From a virus (Duplodnaviria > Caudoviricetes): a stretch of DNA of 46,841 bases. The number at the start of each line of letters is the position of its first letter. Within the stretch, counting starts at the first letter, position 1. Positions 1 to 10,064 of this stretch are shown one piece after another. The position numbers and the translations under genes were made by a program. The notes beneath the pieces are model-generated. The model was not told the DNA's origin. It did not search any database and was given only the letters and a program-made list of their open reading frames with translations. The stretch covers positions 1-46,841 of IMG/VR virus record IMGVR_UViG_3300027533_000247. One strand, 5' to 3'.

Positions 1-129
1 TATATTTAAGTAATCTAAAAGGATTATGGGCTAGGGGAGATGTTGAAAATACTCCCTTAGACCATATGCAGGATTGTCTTAATATACAATTCAAGGGTAA
101 TAATTTTCTAACTGTCGATGGAATTGGTA
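1..129. repeat. Terminal direct repeat (circular assembly overlap), left copy
   Basis: 4-129 is identical to 46716-46841. Positions 1-3 TAT vs 46713-46715 TAG. Implies a unit genome of about 46,712 bp. Confidence 0.95.
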
Positions 130-1496
130 TATCTCAAGAAGTAGTAGTGCCATTAGAAGATGTAGTTAGAGTTTATAATTATGCAACTCAAACTGCGAAT
201 ACATTATTGATTCTAACTTATGATGGAACTACAGGAAATATATATCATTGGGTTAACTCCGCGCTTATTTACGGCCCAATCCTAACCAAAACAGGAATGA
301 CCGACTTCGCATTTGTTCCATATGCAGGTCGGGCATATTTATCTCCATTTGTCAGTGTAACTACCGGTGATTTAAATATACAGAAGGGAATGCAATCTGA
401 ATTCTTATATGTGTATTTAGGTGCAGGTGTAGCAGCGCGTAAAGCTGCTGGTGCAGTTCCCGCTGGAACATTAACTATTGCAAATGGCGCCGCAGGACAT
501 ACTGATCCAGGTTTACATACATTTGCGGTTGTAGGTGAATCTGATTCTGGATTTTTATCTGAGCCATACGCATTTAATACATTCGTAACTAGCGCCGCAT
601 TAAGCGTAAGTTTTAGTAATGTGCCAGTATTAGTAGGAACACAATGGACTAAACGACACATTGTAGCGTCTAAAGTTATTGTAGGTTATAATGGGGATAC
701 ATCAGGTTATCAATTCTTCTTTATTCCCGGTGCAACAATTAATGACAATACGACTACAGTATTAGCAAATCAATCATTTTATGATGCTGACTTATTAGAA
801 GATGCATCGCACTTATTAGATAATTATGCTGAAATACCTGCGGGTGCGTGTTTATGGATATATCATGATAGATTATGTTTATCCACTACTTGGAATGATA
901 TATCGTTAATTTATGTAAGCGCGCCGGGGGAACCTGAAGCTATATCCGAAATTGATGGATTAATTATTGTCCCATTAGATGGAAATCCCATTACTAATGG
1001 CGGTGAATTACGTGATATAATGTATGTGTTTAAACGGAGTCGAACCATACCATATAATGATAATGGTGAAGAACCTAGTAGTTGGAAAGATGCAGAAAGT
1101 AGTCCCACTGATGCAGCTTATGGAACATGTGTGCATGGTATAGCTACAGTATTAGATAGTGGTAATGCTAATGTAGATTTCTTTATGATTTCTACTTATG
1201 CTGGAATTATCCTTTTTAATGGACGATACATATTACCAGAATTAACATTTAAAATTGAACAGACTTGGAAATCACAAGATAGAAATGAATATCGACGAAT
1301 TCAAATGGTTAATTGTCCTACGAGAAAGACTATTTATTGTGTCCTTCCCGATTCCAGTGTATTATTAGGTAATTATCAAAATGGAATGGATCCAAAAAAT
1401 ATACGTTGGAGTAGAAGAACATGGAATCAACCAGTTAGTTGTGTTGCCATTGTTAATATTGATGAAATTATAATTGGATTGGATAATCCCTTTTAA
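66..1496 (+). CDS. Tail tubular protein B / nozzle (P22 gp10- or T7 gp12-like, beta-rich); true start is 46691
   Basis: Beta-strand-rich, with a HDRLCL...IYVSAPGEPE motif reminiscent of podovirus nozzle proteins. Lies downstream of the adaptor gene. Confidence 0.6.
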   Translation: MQDCLNIQFKGNNFLTVDGIGISQEVVVPLEDVVRVYNYATQTANTLLILTYDGTTGNIYHWVNSALIYGPILTKTGMTDFAFVPYAGRAYLSPFVSVTTGDLNIQKGMQSEFLYVYLGAGVAARKAAGAVPAGTLTIANGAAGHTDPGLHTFAVVGESDSGFLSEPYAFNTFVTSAALSVSFSNVPVLVGTQWTKRHIVASKVIVGYNGDTSGYQFFFIPGATINDNTTTVLANQSFYDADLLEDASHLLDNYAEIPAGACLWIYHDRLCLSTTWNDISLIYVSAPGEPEAISEIDGLIIVPLDGNPITNGGELRDIMYVFKRSRTIPYNDNGEEPSSWKDAESSPTDAAYGTCVHGIATVLDSGNANVDFFMISTYAGIILFNGRYILPELTFKIEQTWKSQDRNEYRRIQMVNCPTRKTIYCVLPDSSVLLGNYQNGMDPKNIRWSRRTWNQPVSCVAIVNIDEIIIGLDNPF

Positions 1497-1507
1497 TCTG
1501 GTTAAAA

Positions 1508-2551
1508 ATGCCAATACCATCCACAGGATTATTCAGAGTTTATTTCAGTCTGGTTCAGATTGTTAGTGGGCCATTTGAAATTAATTCTGGATTACCCAAT
1601 CCAAAAGCTACAACTGATGCAGCTACTATTGGTGCATATTTTGCTACACGCACATCTACTCCTGCAAGCGCGCCACAAGGATGGGAAGGTGTAGATACTG
1701 GTGGAGGATTATATGCTCCTGCTGTTGGTGCATATGAATTACAATGTTTTCCTCAAACTACAGTTGTATTTGACCAATTAGGAACTCCCACGCCAATTGA
1801 CTTTATTAGTGCTAGTTTTCCCATTGGTGTTCGATTCAATCAAATTAGTCTAAAAATTGATGGTGCTTTGGAATGGAAAGGTCATAGGCGAATTGTTAAT
1901 TTGGTTGAATTTATTAATAGGGGTTCAATTATAACTAGTACAGTTCCAACTGGTAATGTCTCTGCGCTTTCAAGTGCACAAATTATAGGGTCATTAAGTT
2001 TCCTTGGTGCGAATCAATTATTCGGTTATGTGTCGGGATATCGATTTACTGAGGCAGTTGATGGCACATTAGGATTAGTAATTGCTAATCTCCGAGTTGA
2101 TTTATTTTATCTTCAAGGTGTATATAATACAGCTTGGATTAATCCTACTCTAACTACAGCAAATGCTAATCCTGGTGATATTATCAGAATTACAGCCCCA
2201 AGTGGATTAGATACATTTGAATCATTTAAGGCATACTGGAAAGCTAATCCAACCGCGACGGAATACTCAGGTGCAATTGAATTACCTGTTGTAACCTTAT
2301 CACCTACGGTTGTACAATTAATGCTTCCTCCAAATATGGGATTACCATATGGGGATAGACGCATGAGTATATTTGGGGTGCCTGACCCTGCTACATTAAT
2401 TGATGGTGAAATATTACTCGCACAGGTTAATGCAACTCCACTATTAACTAATGGCACCGGAATATACGTATTAAGTGATAACAAACGTAGTGATACGTAT
2501 TATGATAGGTCTGTATCTCCAGTGTCCACTATTGAAATGAAGATTCCTTAA
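1508..2551 (+). CDS. Virion structural protein (tail-associated)
   Basis: 347-aa Thr/Gly/Pro-rich beta protein in the tail module. Confidence 0.5.
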   Translation: MPIPSTGLFRVYFSLVQIVSGPFEINSGLPNPKATTDAATIGAYFATRTSTPASAPQGWEGVDTGGGLYAPAVGAYELQCFPQTTVVFDQLGTPTPIDFISASFPIGVRFNQISLKIDGALEWKGHRRIVNLVEFINRGSIITSTVPTGNVSALSSAQIIGSLSFLGANQLFGYVSGYRFTEAVDGTLGLVIANLRVDLFYLQGVYNTAWINPTLTTANANPGDIIRITAPSGLDTFESFKAYWKANPTATEYSGAIELPVVTLSPTVVQLMLPPNMGLPYGDRRMSIFGVPDPATLIDGEILLAQVNATPLLTNGTGIYVLSDNKRSDTYYDRSVSPVSTIEMKIP

Positions 2552-2559
2552 TAGAGTTT

Positions 2560-2877
2560 ATGCCATACATTAAAACTGCATTTTTTAACGCTGGTAAATT
2601 AGGGGATATACAATCCCATATTAATCCTATTAGAGTTAGAGTGGCAGGAGATGGAAATTTACGTGCATTCTTATTTACTACTGAAAATGTAACTGGAACT
2701 GAATTAAGTGCTGAAGCTATGTCGTTAAGCAACGCGCGTTCATTAAATTATTTATCTAACTTTGTAGCTGAGAAATGCTGTTTGAAATTAATGACATCTG
2801 AAATTGATGAATACTTCATTGTAAGTAATATATACGCTTACGTTAAGCCTAGTTCAGCTTCGTTTCCACAAACTTAA
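2560..2877 (+). CDS. Small tail-associated protein
   Basis: 105-aa ORF tightly packed in the tail operon. Confidence 0.5.
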   Translation: MPYIKTAFFNAGKLGDIQSHINPIRVRVAGDGNLRAFLFTTENVTGTELSAEAMSLSNARSLNYLSNFVAEKCCLKLMTSEIDEYFIVSNIYAYVKPSSASFPQT

Positions 2878-2880
2878 TAC

Positions 2881-3789
2881 ATGGCTAATCCATCTGATCG
2901 TTTATTGAGTCAATTAAATCAGACTCAACTTCAACAGAAGGATAACCCTACTTATCAGGTTATTAAACAATTGATTCAAAAGTTATCTGCTCTTGAATCT
3001 GCTGTGTCTGGGGGTGGAAGTAGTGCAGGTAGCGTAACTAATATAACTCAAATAATTCAACAATTATCTTCTGGTGATGGCGGAAGTGCTGAAGAATCTT
3101 TACCTATACCTGGGCCTGTAGGAGCAACAGGAGCTATTGGCCCAACAGGAGCAGAAGGGCCACCATTTCCGGGATTCATAATTGTTGATGCAGATATGTC
3201 AGAAGATGTATTACCTATTCCAGGGCCACAAGGCCCCCAAGGAGTTGCAGGTAATACAGGTGCTCAAGGTGAACAATCTATAGGATTTGTTTTATATGAA
3301 GAAGCTGAAGATGCACCAATTATACCCGGCCCCCCGGGAAGTAGTGGAAGCGCGATATGGACATTAATTGCTCAACAAGCTGTAGCTGGTGCAACTGAAT
3401 ATGATTTTCCAAATTTAAGTGGATATAATGAAATTAGAGTATTAGCTCGTTCTATTACTCGTGCTAGTAGTGGAGTAACTGTATTAAGGGTTAGTACAGA
3501 TAATGGTGCTACATTTTTAGCAGCTTCTGGTGATTATATTGACGTAGCAAATACAGGTATTGAAACTAGTACAACAAATATTCCATTTCATGCAACTTCA
3601 TCAGCTTTAGCTAGAACTGGTGAAGTAATTATACGAGGATTTAATGGGACTGTTATTAAATCAGGTTCCAATTTAAATATTACAGATTTCTTTCTTATTC
3701 CAACTACTACACCACTTAATGCTATTAGGGTATTAGGGGGAAGTGGTGGAGCACTTAATGCAGGAACAATTTATGTTTGGGGGAGATAA
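2881..3789 (+). CDS. Collagen-like (Gly-X-Y) fibre protein
   Basis: Three IPGP-initiated Gly-X-Y blocks (GPVGATGAIGPTGAEGPP; GPQGPQGVAGNTGAQGEQ; GPPGSSG), an N-terminal coiled coil and a C-terminal beta domain ending GTIYVWGR. Confidence 0.75.
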   Translation: MANPSDRLLSQLNQTQLQQKDNPTYQVIKQLIQKLSALESAVSGGGSSAGSVTNITQIIQQLSSGDGGSAEESLPIPGPVGATGAIGPTGAEGPPFPGFIIVDADMSEDVLPIPGPQGPQGVAGNTGAQGEQSIGFVLYEEAEDAPIIPGPPGSSGSAIWTLIAQQAVAGATEYDFPNLSGYNEIRVLARSITRASSGVTVLRVSTDNGATFLAASGDYIDVANTGIETSTTNIPFHATSSALARTGEVIIRGFNGTVIKSGSNLNITDFFLIPTTTPLNAIRVLGGSGGALNAGTIYVWGR

Positions 3790-4157
3790 TGCAGAATACG
3801 CCATTTAGAGTTGTGGTTGCACTAACGAATACGTATACGACTAACATTCTTAATCCTCCCACTACCACAGGTGGAACTGGATTGGGAACTCCTAATCCCT
3901 ATATTCTAGTAACTCATATTAGAGTATTAGAAAAGGCTGGAACTGGTGCTACATTCCGATTATACGTAGGTGCAACAGGAGCTAATACTGCTGGCACTGA
4001 ATCATTTTTCCCATTGAATTGTGCAGTAGCTACAGCGGGATATGTGGAATGGTTTGGACGTAAGAAATTAAAGGTTGCTGACTTCTTAGTTGGTGGTGCA
4101 AGTGCGGCTACAACATTGACTATTGATATTGAAGGTGAATGGGGATTGGAATTCTAA
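3789..4157 (+). CDS. Virion structural protein
   Basis: ATG overlaps the upstream stop (TAATG); beta-rich. Confidence 0.5.
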   Translation: MQNTPFRVVVALTNTYTTNILNPPTTTGGTGLGTPNPYILVTHIRVLEKAGTGATFRLYVGATGANTAGTESFFPLNCAVATAGYVEWFGRKKLKVADFLVGGASAATTLTIDIEGEWGLEF

Positions 4158-4462
4158 TGGACCCATTATTTAAAGATATTGCTAATTTAGGTGCGGTGGG
4201 TCTATTAGCTGCTTTAATGTATTATCAGAACAATAAAAATGCATTAGAATTTTCTAAGCAAACAATAGACCAAGCTAAATTATTTGGAGATAGAATTGAA
4301 GCCCTATTGAATGTTGAACGGGGTAGGACTGAAATGCTAGTTAGATTAGTTACAGATAATACAGCTCAAACTGCAACTAATACTGCTGTAGTTCAAGCGT
4401 TACATAGACGATTAGATGATAATCATAGTAAGGAAGCGAGAGAACATCATGCCAGTTCCTAA
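4157..4462 (+). CDS. Putative holin / membrane protein
   Basis: N-terminal hydrophobic helix LGAVGLLAALMYY, then a coiled coil. Directly precedes the candidate lysin. TAATG coupling. Confidence 0.5.
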   Translation: MDPLFKDIANLGAVGLLAALMYYQNNKNALEFSKQTIDQAKLFGDRIEALLNVERGRTEMLVRLVTDNTAQTATNTAVVQALHRRLDDNHSKEAREHHASS

Positions 4463-5054
4463 CCACACACAACACGTTGTAGATTATTTTAATGCTCATG
4501 TGGGTCAATACGATTATAGGACACATGAGGGATGTGGTAAGTTTACAGAAGGATGTGTCGAATATTTGAGGCTATATGATCAAAATATTGGGCATCTTAA
4601 AAAGTATGGTGGTTCAACCCAATGGAATGGTCACGCCATTGATGCTGTTAATTATCATGATCCTTCTCGTGGAACTTATCAGAGTGTGGATCTTCTTGCC
4701 TCTGCTGAATCTGCCAACGCGCGTCCCCAATGGTTAATTCAGGAAGTTTATTATACTGCGGCTGATTGGTATTTAATTGATGCAGTTGAGCCTGAGCCAA
4801 TTATACCATCTGTGCCTTGGGTAGCATATAATGAATCATTGTTTAATGATAGATTACAAAAACAATTAGCATATGATTATGGTCGTAGACCACAAGCTGC
4901 TGATTTCATGGTTAGCGTATGGAGTGCGAGAGTGTTTCATAGTACTTATATGGGGCCAGATAAGAAGCCATTAGGATTCGACGCTGCTATGTCTAAACAT
5001 AGACCAGAATGGTGTAATGCATTAGGTGTTATTGTTGATGGGATATGGTTTTAA
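4449..5054 (+). CDS. Putative endolysin / papain-fold (Cys-His-Asp) cell-wall amidase
   Basis: GCGKFT...GHAIDAV pattern fits a Cys/His/Asp catalytic set. Follows the holin-like gene. Confidence 0.4.
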   Translation: MPVPNHTQHVVDYFNAHVGQYDYRTHEGCGKFTEGCVEYLRLYDQNIGHLKKYGGSTQWNGHAIDAVNYHDPSRGTYQSVDLLASAESANARPQWLIQEVYYTAADWYLIDAVEPEPIIPSVPWVAYNESLFNDRLQKQLAYDYGRRPQAADFMVSVWSARVFHSTYMGPDKKPLGFDAAMSKHRPEWCNALGVIVDGIWF

Positions 5055-5055
5055 T

Positions 5056-5970
5056 ATGGCTACTGGAGGATTTGCTGGCGTTCGTATTGGAGAAAATGTT
5101 CCACAACCTAATAGGGGTTCTCCTCTGCGAAATGTATATGATGCAGCCGCTACTACACAGGCGGAGGATTATGATAACATTATGCGGGGGTATGATGATA
5201 TATTATCTACCTCACGCAATAGACAGAATCAAGGATTAAATTATGTTCCAATTAATCCTGTATTTAGTCAACAGTTTAAACCTACTGAATATAGTAGGAG
5301 TGGAGATTTAGATACTGCTATATCTGGATTGAAGGGGGTAGCTAATACAGGGGGATATTCTGATTCTGATGTACAGAATATTAGAGAAAGAAGTATTTCT
5401 CCAATACGGAGTATTTACTCCTCAGCACAAGAAGGATTAAGAAGGAATAAGGTATTACAGGGAGGCTATAGCCCTAATTATGGCGCGGTTAGTGCGAAGA
5501 TGGCCAGGGATGCAAGTTCTCAAATTGGTGATATTACAACTAAAGTTAATGCGGATATTGCTCAAATGATTGCTTCTGGTCGAATGGCGGGATTAAACTC
5601 ATTGGCTTCTACTACGGGTAGAGAGAATGAATTAATTAATACTAATAATGTTCGTAATAATGAAATGATGGTGGAAACTGATTTGAATAACACAAATGAA
5701 CAGCGTAGAGTGAATACATTGAATAGTACTGGAAGAATGAATGCTAATAATGAAAGTGTTAATGACCAGATGGGAGCATTACAGGGTAGAACTTCGCTGT
5801 ATGGAACTACCCCCGCGCTTACTAATACATTTGCTAATCAAGTTCTATCTAATAACCAGCAAAATATACAGGCAGCAACTACTGCAAATACGATTAAGAA
5901 TCAACGTGCAAATATTGGATTGAATCTTGTCCAAAATCAATTAGGTATTCCTCGTGTGGGGAGGGGATAA
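5056..5970 (+). CDS. Internal virion / DNA ejection protein
   Basis: Asn/Gln/Gly/Ala-rich helical protein; first of three TAATG-coupled genes at the end of the late operon. Confidence 0.55.
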   Translation: MATGGFAGVRIGENVPQPNRGSPLRNVYDAAATTQAEDYDNIMRGYDDILSTSRNRQNQGLNYVPINPVFSQQFKPTEYSRSGDLDTAISGLKGVANTGGYSDSDVQNIRERSISPIRSIYSSAQEGLRRNKVLQGGYSPNYGAVSAKMARDASSQIGDITTKVNADIAQMIASGRMAGLNSLASTTGRENELINTNNVRNNEMMVETDLNNTNEQRRVNTLNSTGRMNANNESVNDQMGALQGRTSLYGTTPALTNTFANQVLSNNQQNIQAATTANTIKNQRANIGLNLVQNQLGIPRVGRG

Positions 5971-7124
5971 TGGCATCATTTGTTCAACGCCTTAGAATGG
6001 CTAATATGTTTCCTATTAGGTCGGACATAGGAAATGCACGAGTTCCAGTTGATAACAATGATGACATGTATGATGTTATTAATGCTGGTAAAAATCTATT
6101 CGACTATGCAAATCGAAATAGGGGAATAGAGGAAGTAGGCCAACAAATAAGAAGCGCGCCGCAGAAAATAGCTAGACCTACATTTGGTGGGATGGTTGGT
6201 GATGCTTCTAATCCAGGCGCTGATATATTAGCCCGTTCTAAGGGTAGTGCTGAACAAACATACGCCAATAATAATCAGGAATTATTAAGAGGTAGAATTG
6301 GCCCACAACCCGGTTCAGAAGATGTAATGGGTAGGGATGAAGCTCATTTAGATAGATATATGAAGCGTAAGAATGCTGAAACATTAGCTAATGCTACTGC
6401 TGCTAATGCAGGTAATAAGGGATGGAAAACTGTAAATGTTACTGATCCAAATGACCCTGCTAAAACTACTGCTATACAAGTAAATGACCAAACAGGAGAA
6501 ACTAGACCTATTAATTTAGGGGGTGGTCAAATTACTAATAAAGAAACTCCAGGTTCAATTCAAAAACGTATTGATACTAAAAATGCAGCAGCTAATGCTA
6601 ATAAGGCTTATTTAGATAAAACGAGTGATTCATTAACATTAATTAAAGATTTAATGGATGATAATGATAACTTAACTCCTGAGGGAACTAGAGCAACTGG
6701 TAAATCTGCTGTTGGAAATTATATTCCATTTACTATGGGATATACCGGCTCAACTAAAATCAATAAATTAAAAAGTGAACAAGTATTAAATTTAATTGGT
6801 CAATTAAAAGCCCAATCCAGAACTGGTGCAACTGGTATGGGTAATATGAGTAATAAAGATTTAAGTGTTATTGAAAGGGCAGCCACCTTATTAGATACGG
6901 GATTACCAGAAGAAGAATTTAAGAAACAATTAAAAATTGTCAAAGATGAATTAAAAGATATTCAAACTAGATTAACAATGGGGGATGAAATTCCTAATAA
7001 TACCATGAAACCTGCTGTAAGTCATAATACAGTTCCAGAAGGTAAAATTAAAGTGCGTCGTAAGAGTGATGGCAAAATGGGGTTTATTTCTAAATTAACT
7101 CCTGAATTTGAGTTGGTGCAATAA
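5970..7124 (+). CDS. Internal virion / DNA ejection protein
   Basis: 384 aa with a GATGMGNMSNKD motif reminiscent of P22 gp20-like ejection proteins; gene order. Confidence 0.55.
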   Translation: MASFVQRLRMANMFPIRSDIGNARVPVDNNDDMYDVINAGKNLFDYANRNRGIEEVGQQIRSAPQKIARPTFGGMVGDASNPGADILARSKGSAEQTYANNNQELLRGRIGPQPGSEDVMGRDEAHLDRYMKRKNAETLANATAANAGNKGWKTVNVTDPNDPAKTTAIQVNDQTGETRPINLGGGQITNKETPGSIQKRIDTKNAAANANKAYLDKTSDSLTLIKDLMDDNDNLTPEGTRATGKSAVGNYIPFTMGYTGSTKINKLKSEQVLNLIGQLKAQSRTGATGMGNMSNKDLSVIERAATLLDTGLPEEEFKKQLKIVKDELKDIQTRLTMGDEIPNNTMKPAVSHNTVPEGKIKVRRKSDGKMGFISKLTPEFELVQ

Positions 7125-8356
7125 TGCCTCAAACAAATGAAGAAGCAAAATTTAAGGATTGGTATGGGGGTATATCTAAGAAATATGGATTAAACCCTAA
7201 TCCTGATGGGCAATTTTACGATTATCGAAGTGCAATGAGAGAAAATGTATTACCAGATGAAACTGGACATTGGCCTTCTAAATTTAAATTACCTGGACAT
7301 CCCAATGAATTTGTTGGGGGATATTCTACTATTACAGGTAAACCTAATCCTAAACAAAGACAAATTACTGATGTAGATGAATTAATTAGATTAGGTTATG
7401 ATCCTGAAACTGCACGTAATTTAAAAAAAGATAATATCTATTCTAATGCTGATTTGCCTAATGATTTTGTTGAATCAAATGAACCATTAGAGGATTTTGA
7501 TGCTTCGCCTAATAATGAATCTGAAGAATTAATTGATTTTGATAATGAACAAGAGCCACAACGCGAATTAAGTGTAATAAAAGATGATGCACCCGATACA
7601 TGGATGGAAGGATTCAAACAATCCATCTTAGGTGGAGAAGCATTAGACACGGGATTAAAAGGTGCTAAGGGATTCCTTAAAGGTTCTATACTTGATATTC
7701 CAGAAACTCTTTGGAGTGGATTAAAAGAAGGATTCAATTTAGCTACTAATCCCATTGGGACTATGTATGATAAGATTAAATCTGCCCCGGAAGCCGGTAG
7801 ACAATTATTTGATACTGTAGATCAAGCTGGTGGAAATCCTGAGGAATTTGGTAGATTAATGGGTCAAACTACAGGACAACCATTAGTTACTGCTGGATTA
7901 GTTAAAGGTACTCCGGGGGCTATTAGAACAGCGGGTAGAGTTATTGAACCTGCTGGTAAAGTAATGAAGCGTTATGCACCATTAACTGGTATGCCTGTGG
8001 TTAGTCCATTAGCAGGTAGAAATTTAGTTAGAATTGAAAGAGGAATTGGTAGGGGAATGGAATCTGTTGGGAAGAAAATGAAAAGTGTTGGTAAAACTAA
8101 TGAGGAAGTTATGACAGAACCTCCATTAGAAATGCCATTATCAGAAGGAGATATATTACCCCAATCCAAATCATTCAAAGTTATTAGGAATGAAAATCCT
8201 CCAATTGTTAAGCCTAGAATGAAACCGAATAAAGACGGAACATTCACCAATTTAGATACTGGTGAAGTTGTTAATAGTAGGGGTGAATCTATAATCGAAA
8301 TTGACAATAAACCAATTGATAAAAATTCACCCTTTTTCATTAAAAATCGCCCATAA
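7124..8356 (+). CDS. Internal virion / DNA ejection protein
   Basis: 410 aa, last late gene; N-terminal FKDWY...YDYR...GHWPSKFK domain. Confidence 0.5.
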   Translation: MPQTNEEAKFKDWYGGISKKYGLNPNPDGQFYDYRSAMRENVLPDETGHWPSKFKLPGHPNEFVGGYSTITGKPNPKQRQITDVDELIRLGYDPETARNLKKDNIYSNADLPNDFVESNEPLEDFDASPNNESEELIDFDNEQEPQRELSVIKDDAPDTWMEGFKQSILGGEALDTGLKGAKGFLKGSILDIPETLWSGLKEGFNLATNPIGTMYDKIKSAPEAGRQLFDTVDQAGGNPEEFGRLMGQTTGQPLVTAGLVKGTPGAIRTAGRVIEPAGKVMKRYAPLTGMPVVSPLAGRNLVRIERGIGRGMESVGKKMKSVGKTNEEVMTEPPLEMPLSEGDILPQSKSFKVIRNENPPIVKPRMKPNKDGTFTNLDTGEVVNSRGESIIEIDNKPIDKNSPFFIKNRP

Positions 8357-8381
8357 TATTATGTCCATCGGCTCAGTCTTT

Positions 8382-8529
8382 GGTCTAGCTTCGACTTGGG
8401 CCTAGACTGCCTCTCTAGCTTGCGAGGATGACTCAGGGCAAGAGCTAGCGACTTGAACGGCTTTAGGATTCGTTCAAATCCAAGTCCTTGCCTGAGTCAT
8501 CCTAGAGAGGTTGGGGGACAGCTTCCCAA
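8382..8529 (+). ncRNA. Structured GC-rich RNA or DNA element at the convergence of the two arms
   Basis: Nested inverted repeats 8410-8418/8502-8510, 8425-8437/8491-8503, 8450-8455/8481-8486 and 8453-8459/8471-8477, with flanking hairpins. Terminal G-T pairs favour the + strand. Confidence 0.55.
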
Positions 8530-8543
8530 TCTACGGAATAGAA

Positions 8544-8759
8544 CTATTTTGATTCCTCTTTATCACTTGCTAATGCAAATTCTATAGTAGAATCAGGATG
8601 TAATTCTTTTCTTAATTCTTCTGATTTAGCTGCTAATTCTGTTAATTTAACTATAAATCCTTGTAAATCTCCCCTTAATAAACAAGCTCTAGATAACATT
8701 GTAATAGCTTCTAATTCAATTAATGCACTTGCAATTGTCACAATCATACTATCTTTCAT
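8544..8759 (-). CDS. Hypothetical protein
   Basis: 71-aa ORF with an AGGA RBS; last gene of the - arm. Confidence 0.6.
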   Translation of the reverse strand: MKDSMIVTIASALIELEAITMLSRACLLRGDLQGFIVKLTELAAKSEELRKELHPDSTIEFALASDKEESK

Positions 8760-8919
8760 AATTCATTCCTTAATGGGTTCACACACTTGAACTGTAAATT
8801 TACTACATACTTCACAATATATCTCACGTATACTTTTATTTACTGTAATTTCTAACATGGATATGTCATCATTCTTGCAGTGTTTACACATGGGTTTCAT
8901 GACTTGTTCTTGTTCAATA

Positions 8920-9150
8920 TTAGGATTTGTCATTTATAGCCTTAATAGTAATGAAAGGAAATTTAATGTTTTCATTAATATTTGGTGTTAATTTCCATTG
9001 TCTCCCAAATTTATCTATAGCTACTATATATTCATAGGGTTCTTTTATATCTAATGTATTCATTACATGTAAAGTTCCAGTATTCAAATCATTTGAAAAA
9101 AGTTGAATTGTCATTTTAAGCCTCGCATTTCCGACATACAATAACTCCAT
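8920..9150 (-). CDS. Hypothetical protein
   Basis: ORF in the packed - strand operon; the true start may be the internal Met. Confidence 0.45.
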   Translation of the reverse strand: MELLYVGNARLKMTIQLFSNDLNTGTLHVMNTLDIKEPYEYIVAIDKFGRQWKLTPNINENIKFPFITIKAINDKS

Positions 9151-9213
9151 TCCTTCTTTTCTTACTTCTTGTGCGACTTCCGCATACGCCGCATCTTGTC
9201 CATGTGCATGTAG

Positions 9214-9396
9214 TCATATATTTTTCTCCAATTGAATTATTACTGATTTAATAGTAGATAACTCAAAATTTAATTTTGATAACCATTGTATAACTTCTAA
9301 AAAATTATCAGCATTAATTAAATAATTCTCAATTTGATTACCGTTAGCTGATTCTCTTTCAATTCTAATTGACCATTTAGGAATTATTCTTAACAT
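9214..9396 (-). CDS. Hypothetical protein
   Basis: 60-aa ORF overlapping the CSD gene. Confidence 0.5.
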   Translation of the reverse strand: MLRIIPKWSIRIERESANGNQIENYLINADNFLEVIQWLSKLNFELSTIKSVIIQLEKNI

Positions 9397-9607
9397 TTAT
9401 CTTCACCCTACACTTTATAGCAACTAGTCCTTTTTCGCCTTCAATTACATCGAATTCAACCGTTATTACGCCCTTCTTATGTAACTCTAATAATTCAGCC
9501 CAACTACCTTTATACTCACGTCTATGTAAAAATATATCTCTGTTGGCTCCGCATACTATGAAGGCGAAGTCCCTATCTGGATTTAGGTTTCTAATCTGTC
9601 CTATCAT
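9377..9607 (-). CDS. Cold-shock domain (OB-fold) protein
   Basis: RNP1-like RDFAFI, RNP2-like DIFLH, and VEFDVIEGEKGLVA. Confidence 0.85.
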   Translation of the reverse strand: MIGQIRNLNPDRDFAFIVCGANRDIFLHRREYKGSWAELLELHKKGVITVEFDVIEGEKGLVAIKCRVKINVKNNS

Positions 9608-10064
9608 TTAATTTCTCCAATTTTTTTAATCTTCTCTTTATAGTTAACTTTTTATTATATTCCTTCATTCTTGCTTTTTTACAAGTTTTACAACCCCTAG
9701 CACCTGATCTAGTTATATAGTCAAATTCATGCCCATTTAAACAATGGGTTTGAAGTGGATGTGGTTTATATCCTAATTTAATAGCATCCATTATATTGTC
9801 ATATCGATTTCCATCATATAAATGATCTGGATTAAAACAGTGTCTATTGGGACATTTCAATTTATGTAAACATAAATTTTTTAATGGATTTATAAAAGTT
9901 TCATAAGATAATCTATGAACAGAAACTATTTTTTTATTTATTGTTACTTGACCATATCCATAATTATTTCGACCCAAAGTCCATAACCAACATCCTGTAG
10001 CAGAGTCAATTTTTCTAAATTTTTCTAAAATTTGTTTTATTGTTAAATTCCTTGGAATTTTCAT
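9591..10064 (-). CDS. HNH homing endonuclease
   Basis: GCWLW...YG...HRLSY...CLH...CFNPDHL...N..D core plus a C-terminal THCLNGH...CKTC zinc module. Confidence 0.9.
   Translation of the reverse strand: MKIPRNLTIKQILEKFRKIDSATGCWLWTLGRNNYGYGQVTINKKIVSVHRLSYETFINPLKNLCLHKLKCPNRHCFNPDHLYDGNRYDNIMDAIKLGYKPHPLQTHCLNGHEFDYITRSGARGCKTCKKARMKEYNKKLTIKRRLKKLEKLNDRTD

Noticed and set aside
1-129. Terminal repeat as a biological direct terminal repeat
   Set aside because: It falls inside a gene and its length is close to a common assembler k-mer overlap, so it most likely only shows circularity.
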